From: a virus
IMG/VR virus record: IMGVR_UViG_3300025785_001261
Location: 1-64,000 of that record
Length of the DNA stretch: 64,000 bases
Strand: one strand, 5' to 3'
The position numbers and the translations under genes were made by a program. Under the pieces are notes generated by a model, which was not told where the DNA came from, did not search any database, and was given only the letters and a program-made list of their open reading frames with translations. This document shows, one piece after another, positions 58,401-64,000 of this stretch. Position 1 is the stretch's first letter. Every line of letters begins with the position of its first letter.

Positions 58401-61400
58401 CTATGTCCAAATCGTCCAGAATTTACCGGATTGGGACTGTAGATAGTTTGCGTATAGATCCAGCTGGTAAAGCCAAGGTTGGCGAATGCTGTTCCATTGC
58501 TGCCGGGCAACACTGTGAGTTGACTGTAGGCGGTTGCTGAAGGATTTATGACATTCAACACCAGGCGTCCCGAAACAACCAAGATGGTTTTGCCACCCAG
58601 TGGAGCTGTTACAAATAAGATCTGTTGTGCGGTATTGTCGTAGGTATAGTCGGTACTATAGGTTTGCAATACACCTGCAACATAGACCTTAGTAGTTGGG
58701 CCGCCCGGGCCAAACACTGTAGAAGAATAAATGGATCCCACATCATAGATCTTGGTTGTCCCGTCGGCCACAAATGTAAGATCGCTGGTTAGGCTAGCCG
58801 ACACATTGGGTATGCTGAAACTGAGTTTCCAGAACGACGGATTGTTCGAAGGCGTCTTGTTGGTGCTGGTGGTCAGAGCTGTGTAGCACAAGTTTTGGTA
58901 AATCACTCGATTACCGGTATGGTACTGCACAGTGCTGAGATATGGGCCTGGATTGATAGCACGGGCCAGTCCAGCAATAGTGTTGTCGGGACTAGCAGGC
59001 ACCGCTATCTCTATGTTGTTGATACGTATGGTATCACCGGCTGTAAGAGTTGGATTGGCTATGTTGCTCACAATCACTCCATACCTACGACTCTGGTCTA
59101 CGAGGCTTTGTACTTCACCACTGTTGGTGGTTGTGTCGCTAGCATTCGGTGCGCCAACATAAACCGTGGTGTTGTTGGAACTCATGGCTAGGCTGTAACC
59201 AAACTGGGAGTCACTGGCGGGATTATTTGCCGACAGTTTTTGCACCAGCTGGAACTGGTTGGTGCTGATTTCTAATTCGTCGCCTAGAACTAGATACACT
59301 GAACTGGACAGTATAATGTTGTTGCCTGAAACTGTATATTGACCATTTAAGAAATTAGCTGTATTGGTCAAGACAGTCTTGTTTAGTGTGACCTGAACTG
59401 GTGTGCTGACCATACCAGGTACAGTATATACCAGCTGAGTGGCATCGTTTACAATGTAGCGTATCACGCTACGATCGTACACATAGCTAGACCCTGCATG
59501 TGTAACTATGTTGCCGTTGCTATCTAGAGTCTGATCATTTTTAGCACCCACTATGAGTGTTTGTCCGTCGGTGCTGGTGACCAGACTGCTGCCAAATCCA
59601 GCATCATCAGCCAGACCCAGGCTGCCAGTTTCCAAGGTGTTGACCAAGGCCCAGTAGGTTGATGTTATGACATCAATGCTTGCACCTGCTCTAGGCGCTA
59701 CTGCAAATACCAACCCAGTGTCGGGAGTATTTACAACCACCTGCTCCATAGAGTCGGTGTTTATGTATTCACCATCCAGAGTGACCAAATCTTCAAGATT
59801 GCCAGTGTTATAAATGTAGTCAATAGATGGGCGTTGTAAAATTCCATCAACATATACTGTAAATGAATCTATGTCGGTAATGGTATACAGAAATCCTGTC
59901 AAATTAAAACCAACTCTTGTACCATTGCCGGTCAAATTAACAGCCACCCGACGAGTGATTCTCAGTTTTTGATTTGGTGGCAGTTGTGTTATCAGTTGTA
60001 TTGAGTTTGAATTTACCTGATAGTCAACCTGGTATGTCAAGGCCCGGTTGTTCAGCGTGACCAGCAGTTGTGCAGGTGCCTGATAATTGACCTGTATTGA
60101 GTCACTCCAGTTGTAAAATACCGTGACCCCATCAGTGACATATTCAACTGACTGTGCCTGTTGATCCACTCGCGTGTAGGCATATACTCTGTTGTGTCCA
60201 GGACCACCAATGTACAACCATCTTTCGTCATAGCTGAGTGCGATCGCAGTACCAAACTGCAAATTATTAAGGTAGTATTCAGGTGAAGTTATCAGCTGAT
60301 TTATTCTAAATTCGTTGGTTGCAGGATCTTGATACAGTACAGTTGCATAGCCCTTGTTACCGTTACTGGCCGGTGCACCAACGGCTGCCCAGGTATTGTT
60401 GCCATAGGTGACCTTTTGACCAAAACCAAGAGTGTTTGTGGCATTGATGGTCAAGCTGACGCCGGTTCTGTAGTTGCCGTCCGAGGTTCGGTAGAAGGTT
60501 TCTACTTGACCAGTGCCTATGCCAGGTGTTCCAATCATCAAGGTACCACTGTTGAATGACTGTGTCACGCTGGTGCCAAAGTTGGCCTGCTCAACTAGAC
60601 TGTTAGGTTGCAATATGCTATTCTGCGTGAAAGGAGCTGTTTTTTCAAGCACTTCCCATTGTCCATTGCCGTTGTTGTCAACCCAGGCCCTGGCACCTGA
60701 AAACAGCTCTTTGGAATATGGCAAGGAGGCCACATCACTGGCCTGCGCTACACGCTGAGTTTGCAAGCGCCAAACCAGTCCGTTACCACTGCTGTAAATG
60801 GTAGTTTGACTGGTGCTGGTAAAGCTGTATGCTATGACCACAGTGTTTAGCGAAGGCGTAGACAGGACACGATACACTCCATCAATTCCGGTGGCAAAGT
60901 AACGCATGATAATTAGATCACCCACAGCCAGACCTGTGGTCTGGCTCAGTGTTACCAGACTGGTGCCGTTGAGATTGTCTGTAATCTGCAGGATCTGACC
61001 TGCAACCTGTGTGCAACGATACACATTCCAGTTGTAACTGTTGTCTTTGGCCACCCAGATACTGGTACCAGTTCCAATCGTGTTGATTTGGCTGGCTATG
61101 TTGGACGGATCGTCCAGACTGAATACAGTGATATCTACATCATCAAGATTGACATAGCCAGCCGATGGCAAGGCTGTATTTGATACTGGAGAAGTGATGG
61201 TAGGTAGTATGTTTGTGCTATTGATATTGTAACTGGAACTCCACAAATTACCCAACTGTACTGTTTGATCTGCCTGGCTGGTTTCACCTGGATAGATGAT
61301 CTGCACTGTGCTGGGGTTGCTGGTCAAATCTGCTTCATTCAACAGGATTTCAAAATAGCTGCGATTGTAGTTGGCACCATAGGTTCCTACCAGTATGCCC

Positions 61401-64000
61401 CACTCTTCGTAGATGTTGTACTGTCCTGTTTCCTTGCCAAGATTCACGCGAGTTAATAGTTCGGCGGCACGCAGGCTACCCTTGGTCTTGATGAACTGCT
61501 GATACAGATTGATCTGGCTTACGTCATCCAGCTCAAGATCAACCATGTACTGGCGTGGCTGGAAGCCAATCAGGTTATAGGCCAGGAGGTCGTTGTCGCT
61601 GTTGAGATTGGCTGTTTGTGTGCTGTAGGTATTGGCCAACTGATCGGCCTTGTTGGCCAAGTTGGGCAATAGGCCTTGATCAATCATGGCGTAGTTGCTC
61701 TTGTACCAGTCATTGTAGTCAAACTGTGTCTTGGGCTGTACTAGGCCGGCAGCCTGCCAGTAGTTGTTTTTGTAACGTACAATTTCACCCTTGGTATAGC
61801 GTTGTGTGCTAGACCAAGGCTCAACGTTATTGTAGTTCAGTATGAACCCTTTGGCATTGAGAGTACCGTCCCATTGGGTGCTGTTAAATGCTTCCAGGTA
61901 CAGGCGATTTTGGCGGGCTGCAGTGATAGGATCATAGATAAGATCATTGAATATGTCCACATTATCAAATACGATCATGTTTTCATAATCAGTAAACTTT
62001 AAATCTAAGAAACTAATGGTTTGTGATGTGCTGGGTGCAGGTTGGATAGTAAATGTATCGCCCGAGCGTTGTATCACTAGATCTCGTGTGGCAAAGGTCT
62101 GACGATTTTGATCCAACAGCTGATTGGCCAAACTGTAACTTATGATGTCGTCTACTACCGATCCAACTTGATACACAGTCAGTCTAGTTGCGCTGGGATT
62201 TAGATTGATAATAGTGCCTTCGCTCCAGCCCTGTTCTGCATAATACAAGAATTCCTGAGCCATTTGGTTCCAGTTTATGATCAGTCCATTTTCAATCTGG
62301 GTGAATGTAAATCCTTGATTGGAAAGATACTGGCCGTAGCTGAGCAGGAAGTCGACTACCATGGTTGCATTAGAGAACACATAGCCATACGGTATGTAGG
62401 CTACTGAGTTTGAATACTGTGCCGGTACTGAAACAGTAGCACCGCCAGCTGATATAGTTTGTAGTATGCCATTGGGCAAACTGACCTGTATAGGGAAATA
62501 GGGATCATATCCACTATAGCCGTATACAGCATAGCCACCAGCAACTGTTTCAACTATTACTGAACTGTAGGTTATACGTCCATAAGGTTGATCTTTGTAG
62601 ACCAGGAGATTATAGCTTTCGGGCGGAATGTACAGACTTTGATTCTGACTCTCCGGACTGGATTTTTCCAAGGCGATCTTGAGATAGTTATCGGCTGTCC
62701 AAGCTGCCATTCTATAGCACAGGCGAACATCCAGGTTGGCCAGATCAGTGCTCAAAATATTAGTGCTGTTGAGTCCGCGCTGTTGATTGAAGTCTACGAT
62801 CCAGTTGATAAAACTGGCCTTGCTCACACCATTGCCGTAGATTTGTAGACCACTACCATCTAGTCTATAGCGTCCATTGTAAAGATACTGTTCTAGTTCA
62901 GTGTTATATCTGTAGAGATCTCTATCGGCAAACAGACTGAAGAATTCTGCCGGGCGTGTCAGGGCCAGCAGTCGCATGATAGCAAATGGATAGCTGGAGC
63001 TCATCCACCAAGAAGCTTCTACAGGGCCGCCGTCGCCAACTTTCCAGCTGCGTTTGAAATTGTTGGGATCATACACGCCGACCACGCTTTCCAAAGGCGG
63101 TAGCAGTTGTCCTTGCTCATCAACCGGAATAACATTGGTCAGGCCTGGCCGTACATAGCGTGGATCTACATAAGGAGCTACAGGATCCGCCACATACCCG
63201 ACTTCGAGGTCACCCCACAGCACCAGGTTGTCACTGGTATAAGGTACAGGACCATAGCGATCGGTCCACCAGACTGGTTGCTCACTGAATCCCAGCATTT
63301 CCCATGGTGTGAGATTGGGTGTAAATGTGTCGTAAAAATATCTATAAATTCCGCGCCAGGCACCTTGTGTCAGAGCTGTTTCATTGATGTTGCTGATTTG
63401 ACCGTTGACAAGTCTAATACCATCACCGGTATAGTTGTAGGTAAATGGATTGTTGGCCAAGTAATCCTGGGCAGTATAATCCAACTTGTTGTAGCCAACC
63501 CAGCTGAGGAAATCTTCGCCCAAGATCTGGGTGATGGTGGTGTTGCTGTAGTCAGTGGTCCTGAAGTAGCCAGGAATCACATCCTCAGCTGTAAGCGGCA
63601 CAGGATTGCCATCATTTTTCAAATTATCATAAATTCTGGTTTCAAATTCCAACAAGACCTGATCGCGAATGTCACCAAAGGCCACGGTGGTGCTGCCATC
63701 GTGTCCTTGGATAACAAAAGTTGGATTGATGTAGTCTGAATCTAGATAAAGCTCAGGACGGAACTTGGGATATAAACCCAACTTGGTCGGTGTGTTGGGG
63801 ACATAGTTGCCGGTTGTGTCGTTGTATTCATTGATCGTGACCGTATCGCCCACGTTGAGAGGAATTAACACAGTCAAGGTTGGTGTATCTGTACCAACCA
63901 CATAGTCATAGTTACGAGTCAACAAACGACCGTTTAGATAGACCAGGAGTCCTAGATAATTTGATTCAGTAAAATTATAAGTTTGTACTGTGTTGAATTG
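52496..64000 (-). CDS. giant virion structural protein (>3830 aa; 5' end outside window) with FG-GAP-like propeller repeats and beta-sandwich repeats
   Basis: Frame stays open to base 64000; repeats FG.S...S......VGAP, V.V.G..Q....DY, GGSGY...P.V. Confidence 0.85.
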   Translation of the reverse strand, partial: QFNTVQTYNFTESNYLGLLVYLNGRLLTRNYDYVVGTDTPTLTVLIPLNVGDTVTINEYNDTTGNYVPNTPTKLGLYPKFRPELYLDSDYINPTFVIQGHDGSTTVAFGDIRDQVLLEFETRIYDNLKNDGNPVPLTAEDVIPGYFRTTDYSNTTITQILGEDFLSWVGYNKLDYTAQDYLANNPFTYNYTGDGIRLVNGQISNINETALTQGAWRGIYRYFYDTFTPNLTPWEMLGFSEQPVWWTDRYGPVPYTSDNLVLWGDLEVGYVADPVAPYVDPRYVRPGLTNVIPVDEQGQLLPPLESVVGVYDPNNFKRSWKVGDGGPVEASWWMSSSYPFAIMRLLALTRPAEFFSLFADRDLYRYNTELEQYLYNGRYRLDGSGLQIYGNGVSKASFINWIVDFNQQRGLNSTNILSTDLANLDVRLCYRMAAWTADNYLKIALEKSSPESQNQSLYIPPESYNLLVYKDQPYGRITYSSVIVETVAGGYAVYGYSGYDPYFPIQVSLPNGILQTISAGGATVSVPAQYSNSVAYIPYGYVFSNATMVVDFLLSYGQYLSNQGFTFTQIENGLIINWNQMAQEFLYYAEQGWSEGTIINLNPSATRLTVYQVGSVVDDIISYSLANQLLDQNRQTFATRDLVIQRSGDTFTIQPAPSTSQTISFLDLKFTDYENMIVFDNVDIFNDLIYDPITAARQNRLYLEAFNSTQWDGTLNAKGFILNYNNVEPWSSTQRYTKGEIVRYKNNYWQAAGLVQPKTQFDYNDWYKSNYAMIDQGLLPNLANKADQLANTYSTQTANLNSDNDLLAYNLIGFQPRQYMVDLELDDVSQINLYQQFIKTKGSLRAAELLTRVNLGKETGQYNIYEEWGILVGTYGANYNRSYFEILLNEADLTSNPSTVQIIYPGETSQADQTVQLGNLWSSSYNINSTNILPTITSPVSNTALPSAGYVNLDDVDITVFSLDDPSNIASQINTIGTGTSIWVAKDNSYNWNVYRCTQVAGQILQITDNLNGTSLVTLSQTTGLAVGDLIIMRYFATGIDGVYRVLSTPSLNTVVIAYSFTSTSQTTIYSSGNGLVWRLQTQRVAQASDVASLPYSKELFSGARAWVDNNGNGQWEVLEKTAPFTQNSILQPNSLVEQANFGTSVTQSFNSGTLMIGTPGIGTGQVETFYRTSDGNYRTGVSLTINATNTLGFGQKVTYGNNTWAAVGAPASNGNKGYATVLYQDPATNEFRINQLITSPEYYLNNLQFGTAIALSYDERWLYIGGPGHNRVYAYTRVDQQAQSVEYVTDGVTVFYNWSDSIQVNYQAPAQLLVTLNNRALTYQVDYQVNSNSIQLITQLPPNQKLRITRRVAVNLTGNGTRVGFNLTGFLYTITDIDSFTVYVDGILQRPSIDYIYNTGNLEDLVTLDGEYINTDSMEQVVVNTPDTGLVFAVAPRAGASIDVITSTYWALVNTLETGSLGLADDAGFGSSLVTSTDGQTLIVGAKNDQTLDSNGNIVTHAGSSYVYDRSVIRYIVNDATQLVYTVPGMVSTPVQVTLNKTVLTNTANFLNGQYTVSGNNIILSSSVYLVLGDELEISTNQFQLVQKLSANNPASDSQFGYSLAMSSNNTTVYVGAPNASDTTTNSGEVQSLVDQSRRYGVIVSNIANPTLTAGDTIRINNIEIAVPASPDNTIAGLARAINPGPYLSTVQYHTGNRVIYQNLCYTALTTSTNKTPSNNPSFWKLSFSIPNVSASLTSDLTFVADGTTKIYDVGSIYSSTVFGPGGPTTKVYVAGVLQTYSTDYTYDNTAQQILFVTAPLGGKTILVVSGRLVLNVINPSATAYSQLTVLPGSNGTAFANLGFTSWIYTQTIYSPNPVNSGRFGHSLGVNAPASNLVVGSPNGNVYEIMPFDGGKTIFDKNSTSFSNLVTNSGVVYTFDLLESANPSATNPGQLVFGQQVYNTTLAQGDGFGTSVSFTEGQLIAGAPGADLGSANQTNYGTATVLDNLLGLPAWQVIHQQEPVVNVELINSVYSFDKLLSSTQTYYDFIDPLQGKILGVAQQNIDYIGAVDPASYNHGTVHNNGTTWAASHVGQIWWDTNLVRFINPNQNDITYASRQWGQTFPGSRVDIYQWIESSVPPANYSGPGTPLSTTSYSVGSALGLNGLFSTTYYYWVRNIPTVYTGKTLSTTAIASYIQYPINSGIAYIGALNSSAIALYNAVPNLVSANNTVLHVEYDQQAAGSQNNIHQEYALVADGRPHSFLDDTLYRKLQDSLCGEDTVGNPVPDPFLSPGQRYGVKFRPRQSMFSDRFAALENYLTRANSILAQYPISEIRSFNLLNSSEALPSSVTATATVCSISGNILTVGGDLTGEFVVGMTLTGDGIPPFVTINGYGDSGTYILNDSLYLTNVAVTGTNGYNQQVDSYEVLTYQNLYIVPLGYLFLVTSDSTQNGRWTVYEVALDATGLKRETNLIRIQNYDTPLYWNYIDWYLPGYNKATQPVAQVQNTGDLLSLSLSQAPVGSSVQVTNYNGGMWEIYLRTTAVGAISDWTRVGLQQGTIAFSETLWNYQLGKYGYDAQVFDAQYFDQEPVIETRKIIQAINQELFIDDLLIFRNQCLILLFNFVYSEFTAPDWLVKSSFIEVDHNLRALLPYQLYQKDNQIFVQDYLNEVKPYHVQTSAFNLIYDGLDTYGGELSDFDLPAYWNTDLVIPQFTSPVLTPYTLSGSLVESTISDEASNAAVWSQWPWSDWFNNYTLNIDSVEIVNGGSGYTVPPVVVVTGNCTQQATMAAVINSAGQVVAINVLTPGSGYVTTATISLTGGNGSGAQAVAVMSNSLVRSFKTTIKYDRYQYASTIHEWQAGVTYNAGDRVRYLDAVWSANTTLNESYFDPAFWSLVPASQLSGVDRTMGFYVPGVNMPGLSLPLLINGVSYPGVQVTGPTYNQNTGFDVGNYNINPFDNISYDASGQPTYDPSILDARYSSSYLDLYLGTRPTDINVDGGGYIDTFSSYAPEELVPGSEFDTLDMRVYTTPGADWQQRGHGFLEVLEKFVYDPLTPTVSFAGMAPYPAQVRVSNQTQETDLVLGTGYTVDWPNQQITITGNATAGDTIVISVFEVGGGNQLYRNNYNGANLPTHTVDTTVYSYAILPVEYYQQGSTNPNIQELVVFINGVLSTNYVYSAYGVNETEVVFLEQLTAADFVCLYVLAPTTINGVTTNYSWSTPQTQIITATGATSYVLDNNLDYSNPSNLIVSVNGARARMASGVNYVGDGAISSFLLPTRSGVDPSTISSSAVSVYVNNLPVATTQWSLSPLGPIAVNGANGNGSVARLTFAAQAVPPYLPGEQITVTGLTGTGSGYNGTFTVISCTVTSVFFGNTSTGAYVSGGSIVGATKYVTFNTVPAAGTAIQIYASANPQAIVSDGVLTFVAGAGLVPPAGSTIAVTSWNDTRQQGLLTQLFSGPVVAGITVSEGLDETPFDPNYIQSVQYSSDPGPFEAGSLKANYLYQIYITGNTDWTLCGAANNNPGTIFQALGPGSGTGLAYAVDLVRSNDTDAYNNSSGSYDFTTGETVQVNDIDLGTIITDPDRLWVYFNGRRLFNGSGFTLDGTKLNLNTGVMGPTDQVIVTQFTNFVVPEAMEFRIFQDMRGVQATYRMTPDTTSTTTQAVTKTDDVIHVANAAALSAPDLAADIWGVVTIDAERIMYRYRDTTANTISGLLRGTAGTANAPHVAGAIVYSMGPSQLLYAQYQNHVVSNTILSNGTQTVFVAENINVSDLTTTQQPEAVQVYVGGLYVQTGYTLTSADPATVTFDTAPPAGVDVTILVQRGSTWYAPGDGTASNGQPLQDTETAPARFLRGL

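Noticed and set aside
1-64000. CRISPR array, integrase/transposase, intron/intein, diversity-generating retroelement
   Set aside because: No repeat-spacer array, recombinase, reverse transcriptase, homing endonuclease or template/variable repeat pair was seen by eye.
1-64000. Alternative genetic code (stop-codon reassignment, as in some large phages)
   Set aside because: Genes are full length in the standard code, TAA/TAG/TGA all end coupled genes, and there is no suppressor tRNA.

Overview
A 64-kb segment of a large, probably T4-like/jumbo, lytic bacteriophage genome using the standard genetic code. A betaproteobacterial host is inferred from the tmRNA tag ANDEQFALAA. From left to right the window holds: (1) the C-terminus of QueE, sugar-nucleotide enzymes, a T4-type RNase H and a MazG-like enzyme; (2) a host-takeover/translation region with 7 tRNAs, a circularly permuted two-piece tmRNA, an RNA polymerase omega subunit, a ~200-nt rod-shaped ncRNA, and a leader-peptide attenuator upstream of a metallophosphoesterase/tRNA operon; (3) a MoxR-like AAA+ ATPase and its metallopeptidase-vWA partner, separated by eight small divergent paralogues sharing a C-terminal F-x-L-[KR]-[WFY] motif; (4) a large tailoring cluster at ~28-49 kb, with outliers at 0.4-25 kb. 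It contains an epimerase, a DegT aminotransferase, an amidinotransferase, a carbamoyltransferase, five radical SAM paralogues, six GT10-like paralogues, GT-A-like proteins, PP-loop proteins and 2OG-Fe(II) oxygenases; (5) virion structural genes, including a >3800-aa protein that runs off the right edge. Near-perfect sigma70 promoters and T4-like TATAAATA late boxes are frequent, and many sit so close to the ATG that the mRNAs are probably leaderless. The best candidates for undescribed biology are the translation-sensing attenuator (12407-12600), the FxLxW paralogue array inside the AAA/vWA module, the 6S-like RNA, and the aminosugar/radical-SAM tailoring cluster. All family calls come from motif recognition by eye, not database searches.
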